Positions 1-12,544 of a stretch of DNA of 64,000 nucleotides are shown piece by piece. This DNA comes from Haliotis rubra (lineage: Eukaryota), in contig NW_025766975.1 of NCBI RefSeq assembly GCF_003918875.1, forward strand, positions 994,684 through 1,058,683, written 5' to 3'. Under the pieces are notes generated by a model that saw nothing but the letters and a program-made list of their open reading frames with translations, was not told the DNA's origin and did no database searches. Each line of letters begins with the position of its first letter. The stretch's first letter is position 1. A program made the translations under genes and the position numbers.

Positions 1-510
1 CAAACAAACAAATGGTAATGTAGGCATGTAGTGCATGTAGTCGTGTCTGTGGTATAGAATTGTATCTGTGGAGCACACAGTCAAATATAATTTTAATATA
101 GTGAATGGACATAACTATATACTTATGATATTGAGAGAATGATTGGTATGTAGACAGGGTTTCCTACTTCACGTGTAAACCATACATTCAGAAATTCAAG
201 TAAAATGCAGGGCCTCTTCTAATAATGATTCTTAGCGTTACAAATATGCATATCTATAAAGCCCCAAACACATGCATCTTGCACAAAACGCCTCATTATT
301 TCCTCGTTCTATGGATCAGCGTGCACTCAGTCAGAGGCCATTTATTATTTTCAGCTCCTTTGAGGGTGTACAATCCAACTTGATGGTTAACCATCACATA
401 AATTAATCTAATACTCCCGGGTACCCATTGGTTGCTATATCAAAGTGACTTGTAATTCGTTTATGGCACAGATATATGAAAAGGGTTTGGAATCAGGTCA
501 TGTCACAACT

Positions 511-676
511 GGGGCGGTGGGATAGCGCAGTGGTCAAAGCGTTCGCTCGCCACGCCGAAGACCCGGGTTCGATTCCCCACATGGGTACATTGTGTGAAGC
601 CCATTTCTGGTGTCCCCACCGTGATATATGGTGGAATATTGCTAAAAGCGGCGTAAAACCCAACTCACTCACTCAT
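511..676 (+). mobile_element. SINE-A, tRNA-derived SINE copy
   Basis: tRNA-like head GGGGCGGTGGGATAGCGCAGTGG...GGGTTCGATTCCCC (A/B boxes), body CCCATTTCTGGTGTCCCC, 3' tail GGAATATTGCTAAAAGCGGCGTAAAAC+(ACTC)n; 10 more copies in window. Confidence 0.8.
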
Positions 677-2144
677 GTCAAAAGTATGCCAAGACTGCTT
701 GTAATCAGATAACATTACATATATATGAAACGTTGTAGACCGGTTATATTATTAATTACATACATATATATATATATATATACTTACATATGTATATATC
801 ATCAATCATGGCTTGAAATCAGGTTATATTACAAATACATGTATATAAGGTGGCTTGTAATCAGCTGATGTCACATGTGTATCAAGACAGATTGTAATCA
901 GATGACATTTACATATATATATGACAAACGATTTGTAAAGAAGTTTGTTGTAATAGTAAATATTACAGTATATGACATGGAGTCCACTCCGGCTATTCCA
1001 CATATATATCGGTGGTTGCATGGATCAGAAACTATAAACTGAACCTGATCTAGTTTATCGATCCACGCTATCGGGGCACAATGACACATTCGCTCGACAA
1101 TATCACTACTGATCGAGCCAGGCACACACGATACCCAGTTCGGGGATCTGACGGGAATCAATTCCCTAGTTACAACAATGTAGAAGTTAGGCATAAACAA
1201 AAGCGGAAAAGTGAGTACACATTATCATGTGACATATGAAAAGGATCGATGCACTGATATGCCCTTTCTTCAACACGTCGCTCGTCACAGTGAAAGAAGC
1301 GCACGTAATAGGTTCGAAAAGCGCACAGATTCGTATAGTAGGGGAAGCAACTCCATTTTGACAGATGCTTTCATCGTATTACGTTATTATCTCCCTTCCT
1401 GTTATGCGCCTGAGTAAAATTTGGCCATTGCCGATCTAACTTACACGTTGAAATTAAACATTAAAGAGCATCGACTTTGGTAGGTGCAATCATATTTCTA
1501 CAGGGATTTAATTTTTCGTCAGCGTGTTTGTGTTCATTACGTATATCATGTGATTCCATGAAATTTACTTGGTTGCCAAATATTGTTTGATTATGTTTCC
1601 ATAAACCCAAAAGAATCAGGCCACTGTCACTTTCAGACTACACATACATTAATGTGTTAAACAATGCCACTTATATCAAATCATTGTCTACAGTATTCGA
1701 GTGTTGATCGTTAAATAAGCAGCCTGAGTTAGTATTGTTTGCACACATATTTATACGGAGTGATTTCAACACAGGTTTAAACAATGTACACATCAGCGTT
1801 TAAGTTTGTAGCTCTGAAACGAAGTACATTCTTAAGTGTGTGACGGGAAAATACAGTATACTAGTATATAAATTGAAATAAAATCATCTGCAAAACCTGA
1901 CTCCAGATACAACCCAATGTAGAAACTACACCTTTGAATGTACCGTTAAACATGAACAATTTATCAGAATTTAATTTCTGCTTCCCTTGGAGTGAAAAGT
2001 GAAAGGCAGTTGACTGACACAGAAAGTACAACAGCCGAGGTCAGCGTTCAGTCAGTGTCTTTAAGTTCTGACATATCGGACACGACGACATCAAAGGACC
2101 CACAGATTTAGTTTGCTACAAAAGGGTGGGTTCAAACTCCCGAT

Positions 2145-2315
2145 GAGTGAGTGAGTGAGTGAGTATGGTTTTACGCCGCTTTTAGCAATATTCCAGCAAT
2201 ATCACGGCGGGGGACACCAGAAATGGGCTTCACACATTGCACCCATGTGGTGAATCGAACCCGGGTCTTCAACGTGTCGAGCGGACGCTTTAACCATTAG
2301 GCTACGCCACCGCCC
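2145..2315 (-). mobile_element. SINE-A copy
   Basis: reverse complement of same consensus, (GAGT)n ... CCACCGCCCC. Confidence 0.8.
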
Positions 2316-2403
2316 CTAATTTCGATGAGCAGCCGTATAATATTACTGAGTTCGCGGCGTTAAACAATCAACCAACCAACCAATCAAACACCCGATAACG
2401 ATA

Positions 2404-2574
2404 GGGGTGGTAGGGTAGCCTAATGGTTAAAGCATCCGTTCGTCACGCTAAAGACCACGGGTCTATTTCCCACATGGGTACAATGATGTAGCCCATTTCT
2501 AGCGTCCCAGCTGTGATACTGACTTGAATCTTGCTTTTAAAAAGCGGCATAAAACCCTACTCACTCACTCACCC
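2404..2574 (+). mobile_element. SINE-A copy (diverged)
   Basis: GGGGTGGTAGGGTAGCCTAATGGTTAAAGC head, ACTCACTCACTCACC tail. Confidence 0.75.
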
Positions 2575-2770
2575 GAGGGACGTTACACATACAACCAACC
2601 ACTTTTGTGTCTGGTTTAGACTGTTCACAACCAGTATGACGTCACTGTTATGTTTCATATTAAACACACACCCTTCCCCCCACCCCACCAACAACAACAT
2701 TTTAAAAAGATTTTTCAAAGATTATATACTGAGGTTAATGCTTTATATCAATGATATAAGAATCATAGTG

Positions 2771-3762
2771 AAATAAATAATAATAATAATGGACATTTGT
2801 TATGCGCTATAATCCACACACTAGTGCATGCTCAAAGCGAAGGGGGAAGAGGGAGGGAGTCAGTTATATACAGGGGAGAAAAGGTAAGTCTTAAGTCGTG
2901 ATTTGAAAGCTGTCATAAAATCAGAGTCTTTGATGTGGACTGGCAGTGAATTCCATAGTCTTGGGGCTGCATGAAAGAACGATCGTTTACCAAATGGGGA
3001 AAGTCGAAAAGTTGGTACAGTAAGTAGGAGCTGGTTCTGAGATCGAAGAGTTCTGGCTGGTGTGTATACAGCGATCAAGTCAGTGAGATAGGATGGGGCC
3101 TGGTTGTGGAGGCATTTGTAGACAGTACAGAGAACTTTAAAGTTGATACGTGATTCGATTGGGAGCCAATGAAGTGATTTGAGAACTGGAGTAATGCGAC
3201 ATGATTTTGACTGTAACGAAATGATGCGGGCGGCCGTATTCTTTACTTTCTGCAGCCTTTTATGCTGAGCCCTGTTAAGACCTACAAGCAGCCCGTTGCA
3301 ATAATCTAATCTGGAGGAAATTAGACATCTGACTAGAATCTTCGTGCTTTCTTCTGTGATGTACTTCCGGATGTTCCCAATCCTGCGCAAATGGAAATAG
3401 CAGGTTTTATAAAGTCTGTCGATATGTACATCCATGGCGAGATCCGACTCTAGCCATACGCCAAGATCCTTCACCAGAGGAGAAAAGGCAACCTGTGAGG
3501 AACCTATTGTTATACTATCACTTGTGATAATCTTCAATTGTTGTGATCTGCCAATAGGTAATACTTCAGTTTTATCATCATTCAGTCTTAAAACTCTACT
3601 TGTCATCCATGTTTTTATCTGGGTTGTGCAGTTTTCAATGTTCTTGAAAGTAGCTGCTTCTGTATCTGTATCTGGTATACAGGAGGAAGAGGACAGGTCC
3701 CATAACGGAGCCTTGAGGGACACCACACGATAGAATGGATTTCTTGGAGAGATTATCAGCAA
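2771..3762 (-). mobile_element. 5'-truncated non-LTR retrotransposon (LINE) 3' fragment: RT C-terminal region plus (ATT)n tail
   Basis: 300-aa ORF with RT C-terminal motifs (LRLNDDKTE..., SRLDYCNGLLVG, AARII, ITPVLKSLHWLP, SRINFK, RSFFHAAPRLWNSLP, FKSRLKTYLF); minus-strand 3' end at (ATT)n 2771-2790. Confidence 0.8.
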
Positions 3763-3959
3763 CTAACACTGCCTGGCTTCTGTCAGGTAAGAGGAAAACC
3801 ATGACAGAGCAATACCACCTATTCCAACGTGATGTTTAGAGTATGTACATATGTTGTGTTCCATACTTTGACTAAGATACCCTCAGCTGTGAGGATTCGG
3901 TTCCAGAGGCGACTAAAATTCATTGGCTTCACTATTTATTTCCAACATATGAGACCAGT

Positions 3960-4201
3960 GAAGGTCCGGGTTAGAATGAGCCTTCAGTAATATAACCCAT
4001 GCTTGTCGTAAGAGGCGACTAACGGGATCGGGTGGTCAGGCTCGCTGGCTTGGTTGACACATGTCATCGGTTCCCAATTGCGCAGATCGATGCTCATGTT
4101 GTTGATCACAGGATTGTCAGGTGCAGACTCGATTATTTACAGACCGCCACCATATAGATGGAATATTGCTGAGTGCGGCGTAAAACTAAACTCACTCACT
4201 C
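3960..4201 (+). mobile_element. SINE-B copy (~240 bp)
   Basis: consensus ...GGTCCGGGTTAGAAT...CATGCTTGTCGTAAGAGGCGACTAACGGGATCGGGTGGTCAGGCTCGCTG...CAGACCGCCACCATATAGATGGAATATTGCTGAGTGCGGCGTAAAAC+(ACTC)n; about 14 copies/fragments in window; shares 3' tail module with SINE-A. Confidence 0.75.
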
Positions 4202-4707
4202 CAACATATGAATCTTCGACCTGAATTGTTTTAGAAACCTGACGGTTAAGAGGTTACAAGAAGAAGTGGTCAGCGCGGTATCACTAGGTACTATACTGTG
4301 TGTGACTGGGGTATCCATGTTATCCATATCAGTAGGCTAGCACACAGGCCCTCGTTTCTTCGCGAGGATGAAAGATTAAAATACATGACCCATGACTCGA
4401 AATGCTTTACAGTACAATAATCATGATTTGTTGTACTGTGAAAGCATTTCGAGTCGGGGATCAGCACAATTTTTTTTATTATAGCCTCCCGATTTCTTCT
4501 ATCTGGTATGTGGCCGCGGAGATTTCGGAGTGTCCGTGGCAGAAAATGCTTGAAACGTTAGTACAATATCGAATGCTGATGTGGGTCAGATTGCCACAAG
4601 CGTTAGAGTTATCTCCCTTGCGTCTTCATATGTAGATGACAGCTCTACCTTTCGAGAAGTTTCGTCATAGGGCAGTTTCAAGTTGGCTGGTTGTATCTAG
4701 ACATGAG

Positions 4708-4845
4708 TGTGTTAGTTTAGTTTAACGCAGCACTCAGCAATATTCCAGCTATATGGCGGCTGTCTGTAAATAATCGAGTCTGGAGCAGACAATCCGTGAT
4801 CAACATCATGAGCACCGTTCTACGCAATATCTATACATGACTGCC
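4708..4845 (-). mobile_element. SINE-B fragment
   Basis: tail module plus partial body in reverse orientation. Confidence 0.6.
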
Positions 4846-5282
4846 TCCCGTTTCCGCAACCTTTTCGAGACATTGTGTTTCCCTTAGGTGAACCTAAATT
4901 TAAAACTGTATTTCAGTATAATCTATTAGTCATTCCTTGATCTTGTGAAGTCATTTAATTACCGATTTCACATTTCTGTACGAACATATCTGTGGGTAAA
5001 CCTCTGCGTCTCGATATGGAAATCACCTCTGAAGGTTTGGCTGAAGGTTGCCCATGTTCCTTAATGAAATCATTCAACAAGTAGAAGAAAAAACAAGCAT
5101 ATTGCTTATAATTTTTTTTGAGTGATCGAGCATTTCTTACAAGTCAGCAGTTTGAAGACTATGTAACATTCAGCTTTAGTAATTTGGTTTATCCAAGGCT
5201 AGTCCAGAGTGCCAGTGTAAAACTTATTCAAACAGTCTTTGCTATTCCTGCTTGAACCTAAATAAACTAATTACTAGGGTTG

Positions 5283-5625
5283 TGAGGTGAGGTGAAATTG
5301 GGTTTTACGTCGTACTTGAGAATATTTCGCTCATATGACGACGTGCATGCGTGTGTATGTGTATGTGCGGTTGCTTGTACTAGCCCAGACTTAAGCTGGT
5401 TTTATAGTGCTAGCCCACTGAGATACCATGCCGCAGTGAAGCATGAATACCCCACTCAGACACATTATACTGACTCCGAGCTGACCAGTCCTTGTTGTAC
5501 CCATTAATGCCGAGCGCCAGGCAGGGACCAACAAGTACCATATTTTAACGTCTTTTGGTATGACGCGGCCGGGGATCGAACCCACGACCTTCCGCTCTCT
5601 ACTAGGGTAGTAAAACCCTCAGATA
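5283..5625 (-). mobile_element. SINE-C copy (tRNA-derived, (GGTGAG)n-tailed)
   Basis: same ~340-bp sequence as 24313-24544(+) and 35471-35837(-); the latter keeps a full tRNA-like head GACCGCCTCCGTGGTGTAGTGGTTAG...GGTTCGATCCCCGAC. Confidence 0.75.
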
Positions 5626-5715
5626 CCATCCATTGACTTTTACTTGTTAACAGCACAACTTAATAATTCCGGACAAGCAGACAAGCATGAATTTCTAAAG
5701 CACTGAAAGTAGCTT

Positions 5716-5840
5716 GTTAAGTTGCTCAATGCTGCATATATTCCAGCTATATGAGGGCAGTCTGTAATAATAAATAATCTAGTCTGGATCAGAACAATCC
5801 AGTGACTTACATCCTGTGAATTGATCTATACATTTGGGAA
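5716..5840 (-). mobile_element. SINE-B fragment
   Basis: tail module AGCAATATTCCAGCTATATGAGGGCAGTCTGTAA... plus partial body. Confidence 0.55.
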
Positions 5841-6234
5841 ACTACGAAATGCATCTACCAAGTCAGGGATCCTGACAACACTATATTGTTGCCTCTGAAG
5901 ACAAGAACTGGTCTCTGACCAAATCTAACACAGATGTTCAGGAGTAATTTCTCAAGTGAAAAATATATTTTACGTTTAAATGTAAACACACCAAAATAAA
6001 ATTTAAAAAAAATACCAACGCCTTGAACATGCACTAGTGCATGGATATGTGCGCTATATAAATATCAATAATAATAATATCCAATAATAAATATAACAAG
6101 AAAATATAGGAAATTGATTTTACTGAAATCTATATATGTACATCAATAGATATGTACATATTGTGTTCTACAGTATCAAAAGAAACAATATAATTTCTAT
6201 AAACATCCACATGGAAATAACATAACAAAGGTGG

Positions 6235-6362
6235 TTGTGGACTGGACTCCCACACAACAAGCCGTGTGTGACAGGACTCCCACACAACAAGCCGTGTGTG
6301 ATAGGACTCACACACAACAAGCCATGTGTGATAGGACTCACACACAACAAGCCGTGTGTGAA
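6235..6362. repeat. 30-bp tandem repeat x about 4.3
   Basis: GACTCCCACACAACAAGCCGTGTGTGACAG repeated; causes overlapping repetitive pseudo-ORFs on both strands. Confidence 0.85.
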
Positions 6363-8529
6363 TATCAGACTCCTTCTTCTCCAAACTCTGGCTCTCAGAT
6401 CTTGTGATTCAATACCCCTAAATATTAAACTTTGTAATTTCGATCACTGGCATCTTCAATTTTTATATCTCAAGCCTGATTGCCTCAAACCTTGCCACAA
6501 GGAATGGTTCAAAAGCAGGTTACTGTGATAAGCGGAGAATTCTCAACAACTCACCTGGCACATCTATACAAAATACCATCATACTAAATACAAAGGTGAA
6601 GATTTCACTGGTGTATATTCATAAGAAAATCATTCTGGCAAAGTGTGTTGGGGATAGATGTAGTTCAGAATCCAAAAAGGTAATTAGAGGGCTATCAACA
6701 AAGTTAGTTCAAATGTTGAAATTAAAGACCCTTATTTTGCAATAGCATATATATACCTGCTGTGCTTTTTCAAGTTAAAAGATAAACAAATGAGAAGAAA
6801 TTAGAGACTGAAAAATGTGGTGTTTATAAATTTAATACATTTACCTAAGGCTAGGCAAGAGGTTTGTATGGGAATAATTTATGGGGGCAGAACACTTAAT
6901 ATAGTGGACACAATATTTAATACCATGTTGTTTTGGATGAAAACTATCTTCCGTAAGTAAGATATGTGATCAACTTTGGTCCTAGGATGGAAACATATAA
7001 TAAACAGCTCTCATATTTATGTAAATATGGTAACATGGACTAAATAGACTCTTCTCCGATCAAAAAAGGTAAAAATGCACAGAAGTATTATGCAAAACTT
7101 TCAGAGATATTGTAAGGCACAAAGTTCAAGTCATGGAGCAGGTATTAAAAACTAACCAGAATAATGGAAACCAAATATGGGGAATATATAGATGCAAAAT
7201 ATGGGATAAACAACTAAACAAAACTGTATACTGGATATCCTGAAATGTTTGTTGTTGGTTCGCTCGCAAAAGGTGTTTGTCTTCTCCGTTCAGTGACAAA
7301 ACTTGAATTTCTTAAAGTGGTGACCGACAAGATATTCTGTTTCATTATATTCACTGTGGACCTGGTAACAAAGATGTTCAAAGTTTTGGTAACAAAATGA
7401 ATTGATTGTATGGCCACTGAACACAGACGTCTTCGTTCCTGTCCTACAAATACTTAGCAACCATACACACAGAAAATAGTGTGAGAAGAACGGTAGTTAT
7501 TCATTTCAGCAGAAGTAAGGTCTGGTGACAACCTTATCTAAAACAGACTCTCATAGGTTCTTCAAAAATCCCTTAACCCATTCATTAGTTTCGTTTGACT
7601 ACATGATATATACACTCTATACACAAAAAAGGAGGTAATTATAGGTAATATAACATGAACAAAAACATATATTTAATATCAAAATAATTTCTGGTGCCAA
7701 ATGGTGTACACATTACAAAGCTGCTTCATTGTCAGATTAACCTTAGAATATTCATTGTTCATATATACAAGTGCAACAACAGTGAACTGTTAACACAATG
7801 CTCATATACATTAATTTGGCGACCTTATATTAACGAAACTATGACAAATTCTGGTACAAAACAGCACTCCAAATATCAACAATCAAAGTGTAATAATTAC
7901 AGATCAATATCACAGACTTATCGCCAAGTACATGTACCAATATAGAAGGTCAATATATTAATAACTCTAAATATTGCCAAGCTATCTCTCACACATAGCT
8001 GCTTCAAAGAATTTGGCAGGAAATAATAATTCCGGAAGGGAGATATATTTGATTCCAAAACAGGCACCCCTTGTACCCAGTTTGAGAAAAAAATTATTTG
8101 TTTAAAAGCAATTGATACATTAAAAAAATACAATAATGTTTACAATAATGTTTAGCATTAACATTTGGGAAAAATTGTTATTTGCTTCAAAATGTTGTCT
8201 TTTCACTTTCAAAAGTTCTTATTTGTCATTTTCCTTTAATCACAGCAATTTTAATAATGCTTTTAATTTATTCAAAAAATACAATAATGGTTAAGCTGTA
8301 TCCAAGCCTCATATTCTACACTTGTCTAGTTATCACTGAGATGCAAGTTACCTCCACATACCCTTAACATTAAATACAACAATATTCATTCCACTTTGGA
8401 AATTTTTACTGAAATTAGCTGAAGACTTGGTTCCATTCATCTGTGCAATACAAGTCAACTCTACAAACCCGTGACATTAGTTTTATTCAAGTCATGTAAT
8501 TCATTTTCCCAGATTTGCTGAAGTCTTGG

Positions 8530-8699
8530 GTGAGTGAGTGAGTGACTTTAGTTTAATGCCGCTTTTAGCAATATTCCAGCAATATCATGGCAGGGGACAC
8601 TAGAAATGGGTTTCACACATTGTACCCATGTGAGGAATCAAACCCGGGTCTTCGACATGGTGAGCCAACGCTTTAACCACTAGGCTAAGCCACCGCCCT
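8530..8699 (-). mobile_element. SINE-A copy
   Basis: (GTGA)n...TTTTAGCAATATTCCAGCAATATCATGGCAGGGGACACTAGAAATGGG...CCACCGCCC. Confidence 0.8.
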
Positions 8700-10264
8700 G
8701 CTGAGACCTTGGGGCAGCTCTACATAAATCCCTGTCCTGCATGATGCAGTCATTTTCACACTGCAGCACATCAATCAAATAGATTTCCATATCAGATAAC
8801 TTACATGTTGTGAATATACTTCTCCATACAAGAATTTTTACTCCAGCATATTTTGTATTACATAGTCATCACATTAATTTCATGACTTACAGTATCTAAA
8901 ACAAGTAAACAATAATTGTCAAACGTGTGTATCATCATCATCATCATGCGCTTTGATCATGCACCTTGTGGATGGATACAGTGCTTTATAAATACTCATC
9001 AATATTATTATTATTATTATTATCTTAGTATGGCTTAATCACTATACTAATATGGAGAAACACCTATGTTTGACAATATTTGGGGAATCCAGCTGCATGT
9101 GATTTCAGGCTATTAAGAAATTTCCATATTTCAAAAGCTGAAGGCATTACATGTCAAAAGAAATCCAAGTAACCAAACTTCAAAATATATCATGGCAATA
9201 TTCACATTAATATCACAGCTGCCTTACTTCTATGAAGGTTATATTGACAGCTGTGGGATATATATACTCTTCAAAAAAAGTAGGGGAACCTGAACTTTCA
9301 ATTTGGATAGGAAGTATTTCAGTGTTAACAAACTTTTCAAAGACAGACATCTTAAGAACGCACCACCCCTACACAGAATGCATGGGATATACGTGCTCAA
9401 CGCAGTAGCCCCATACACATGCATTGAATGTCAGTTTTTTATTTTGATGGTTTTCAAGAAGGTCGATAAATCACTGTAGACTATTAATTTTGACAATCAT
9501 CTTGCATCACACAGTTGTTAGTGTTTGTTTCTAGCCATGTTTTTTTAATTTGAAAATTGTACACATGCAAATAAAACATGTTGAGGGCCAAACTTCACGT
9601 CATACACCAATCATCTTGCAAGATCGATTACTGTACAAACAATTATCATAAGCAAGTGCAAGTGGTGATGCACTCTCAAAACATTTATTATTATCATATC
9701 CACATTGATTGACTTTGATATATCTCCCAGTTGTTTCAATTGTAAATTAAAAATGAAGTTCCCCTAATCTTTTTTAAGAGCATAGTGTGACGAGCGAACG
9801 CTTTAATCACTAGGCAACCCCAACGCCCCTTTCATTTGTGAATGAGTTATATACAGTTAAATCAAACTGCCAGTATAATGTGGAAGAACAACCTGAAGTG
9901 ATGCAGGTCTCAGAACTTTACCACTTCAGTGTTGATATGGTGAGGACAATCACAGAAACAAAATTTCAGATGATCTAAATTTTCTCGCGTGAACAAGGGA
10001 CGGAACTCTGCACAGCAAATAGTGGCATCTTTGATGACTGGGCTACCCATGCCCCTTTGACTTAAGTGTCCTTTCATTTAACTTCATTCAAAATGTCTAC
10101 TTCTTCATCCTATGTTATTTTTTCAAACCTGGGAAACATCTAAAATTTGTAACTTTTGTAAACTTTCAATTGAATTCCTTCAACAGATGATTGTGTTAAA
10201 CTGCATATAAACTGCTGCTATTTTGTGAACTGTTATCTTGTGAAATGGGGCCTGTTTTGCAAAA

Positions 10265-10345
10265 GTGATCGTAGCGCTACGACTGTCGTAAGTCTATGTT
10301 AAAGTATGGGAGTTACGATCACCTTAGCACTACGATCGCTTTGTG
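10265..10345. repeat. short dispersed palindromic repeat (second copy 45113-45190)
   Basis: GTGATCGTAGCGCTACGACTGTCGTAAG...CACCTTAGCACTACGATCGCTTTGTG present twice in window; MITE-like. Confidence 0.5.
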
Positions 10346-10419
10346 AAATGGGGCTCTGCTTGGTAAGCCATGCTTCTAGCAATGACTATCAGAACCAATG
10401 GTGGAGTGGATGCAGCACT

Positions 10420-10545
10420 TCAAGCAGATGTCTGCCTATCTTGTTCCCTGCCTACAAGACCACCTGCTGTGTTGAACAGGTTGAGGGGATTCTTGGCATC
10501 AGTGAACAACACGCTCTGCATCCCGAGAGCCTGCAGCAAGCGGGC
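10420..10545 (-). CDS. MVP: MVP exon 25 (last coding exon, includes TGA stop at 10420-10422)
   Basis: acceptor tttgtttttcag|GCCCGC; encodes ARLLQALGMQSVLFTDAKNPLNLFNTAGGLVGREQDRQTSA*, cf. vertebrate MVP ...[32 protein letters not shown]. Confidence 0.8.
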   Translation of the reverse strand, partial: ARLLQALGMQSVLFTDAKNPLNLFNTAGGLVGREQDRQTSA

Positions 10546-10876
10546 CTGAAAAACAAAGGTAACATTGAAGTTGGTTGGCTGTCGTTTAACACCGCTGAAT
10601 GCAGTGTAAAACTAAACTCACTCACTCATTCGGCTGGAAACCATAGATCTACGAGTTGTTTTAGAAACCGGGAATCTATATTGCTCAGGAATGATCGATT
10701 TTTGTATTTTTCTGGTCACTGATCTTGACCTTGTTAATCTGGATGCCCTGCTCACATGATCAAAATATCGAGCTAAAGAGTCATGAGCTCAGTAAAGTAT
10801 TCACCCACATGAAACTGTTGCTGATGCTACAGAGACAAAAGATCCTATTTGCAAGGATTAACAATTTGTTTGTCTT

Positions 10877-10955
10877 ATTTAACACCATACTCAGCAATAT
10901 TCCAGCCATACAGTAATCTGAACCAGACAATCCAATGACTGACCCTCGATCTATG
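10877..10955 (-). mobile_element. SINE-B fragment
   Basis: CAGCAATATTCCAGCCATACAG...CAGACAATCCAATGA. Confidence 0.45.
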
Positions 10956-11089
10956 CGAATCCATGAAGCTTTTCCTCATTGACAAGGAGCACTGAAGTAC
11001 TTAATGGTGAACCAGTTCTCAATACTTTAAGATTGCTATGAATTGAAACAATAGGTGGCATACACATACTGAACGTTTTGTCCCATTCA

Positions 11090-11308
11090 AGCAGAATGAG
11101 CAATATTCCAGCTATAAGGAGACAGTCTGTAAAAATCAAGTCTGGACCTAGACAATCCAGTGATCAACAGCATGAGCATCGATCTACACAATTGGGATAC
11201 GATGACGTGTGTCAACCAAGTCACGAGTTTGACCACCCTATCCTGTAAGTCGCCTCTTACGACAAGCATGGGTTGCTGAAGATCAATTCTAAGGCGGATC
11301 TTCATGGG
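11090..11308 (-). mobile_element. SINE-B copy
   Basis: near full-length match to SINE-B consensus in reverse orientation. Confidence 0.7.
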
Positions 11309-11348
11309 TTCCTGTGGAGGAACTCCTACAGGGCACAGAATGTCTCAC

Positions 11349-11429
11349 CTGGGTATCTGGGCCAGCTTGGGCCATGGCTGCACATGTCTCTTGGCCAATA
11401 CTCTCAATCATCTCCTGGAATTTGTTCAC
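11349..11429 (-). CDS. MVP: MVP exon 24
   Basis: aatttcag|GTGAAC ... ACCCAG|gtgagaca; encodes VNKFQEMIESIGQETCAAMAQAGPDTQ (cf. [27 protein letters not shown]). Confidence 0.8.
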
Positions 11430-11889
11430 CTGAAATTAGACAGTAACTGTCAACATTTTCAATATCTTCCAATGAACAGTATGGTTTCTCCACAGCCTAA
11501 GACTATTACAGATATAAACTTATATACAGACTCTAAGATGTTATATTTTGTTGAAAATCTGTTTCCTTTGAATTCCTGTGTTGACAGAGCAGGCTACACA
11601 AGAGTTGCTTCCCTTTGGTCATGAGAATGAAGTATTATTTAGTAAAACCGTAATTGTCCATCTTAAAACAATGGCTCTATTGTAATTTCCCTTTATTTAC
11701 ATCTTCAATATTTGAAGGAGAGAATATTCCCCATTAAAACACAGATGTAACTGTTGTTAAATATGTGGAAAAGGATCTAGGAAATATAAAACACAGCTTG
11801 ATGGTTATGACCAAATCATATGGTGATGGAACGTCAGCAAATCAACCCTGCTTGAAACAGGATACAGTGCATATCTGGATTTTGCTCAC

Positions 11890-11970
11890 TTCAATCTCAG
11901 CCTTCCTTCTTTCTTTGTCCAGGTAGAGCTCGTTTTGACCTCGCAGGTAGTTGATCTCGCCCCTCTTCGC
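11890..11970 (-). CDS. MVP: MVP exon 23 (cap-helix)
   Basis: tgtgtgacag|GCGAAG ... ATTGAA|gtgagc; encodes AKRGEINYLRGQNELYLDKERRKAEIE (cf. [27 protein letters not shown]). Confidence 0.75.
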
Positions 11971-12160
11971 CTGTCACACAAGTCACAATACTCTCCTCAC
12001 ACTTAAAAACTCAAACTTTAACTATATGTTAGGGAGAAGGCCTAACAAAATAGATGTGTAAATGAATGCTTCTTAAGCAAAAATATTAAACAATCTATAT
12101 CAATGGAGCCTGTACATAATCAAATCTGGAAATCTGGTCTATGCAAACGAGTGATTGATG

Positions 12161-12311
12161 AGTGAGTGAGTAAGTATGGTTTTATGCCTCTTTTAGCAAT
12201 ATTCCAGCAACATCACGGAGGGGACACCAGAAATGGGCTTCACACATTGTATCCATGTCAGGAATGGAACCCGGCGTCTTGGGCATCACGAGTCAACGCT
12301 ACCCCACCGCC
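12161..12311 (-). mobile_element. SINE-A copy
   Basis: (GAGT)n...CCAGCAACATCACGGAGGGGACACCAGAAATGGGCTTCACACATTG... Confidence 0.75.
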
Positions 12312-12544
12312 AAATTGATAGGAGCAGAGTTGCCTCCTATTAGGGTATAATGACTTGCACTGGGCCTCACCAGCTTAGGTGTCTACTACAAGTCCCACTG
12401 TAAACCGATCGATATGGAGTTTCTTCTGCAGAAATTTAAGCTTGTATAATCTGAGTGATTTCTTGTAGTGTTCTCATACTTTAGTGAGAACAAGTGAGGA
12501 AATTCAGTTACTTAAGCTCTGTGGCAGTCAAGTATTGTATGATA

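Noticed and set aside
511-705. tRNA-like sequences (here and at about 15 other sites, plus 35750-35837) as tRNA genes
   Set aside because: Each is the head of a multi-copy SINE with a non-tRNA body and a simple-repeat tail, and the acceptor stems and anticodon loops are degenerate.
6010-6075. Similarity to the LINE 3' tail seen at 2783-2830 (CATGCACTAGTG...TGCGCTATA...(AAT)n)
   Set aside because: It is probably a short 3'-tail fragment of the same LINE family, too short to annotate confidently as a separate element.
9400-10420. MVP 3' UTR and polyadenylation signal
   Set aside because: There are several AATAAA candidates on the minus strand (e.g. about 9427-9432 and about 9675) and none could be singled out without transcript data.
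10306-10722. 138-aa ORF on + strand overlapping the last MVP exon
   Set aside because: It is antisense to a well-supported MVP exon and continues into a SINE, with no homology.
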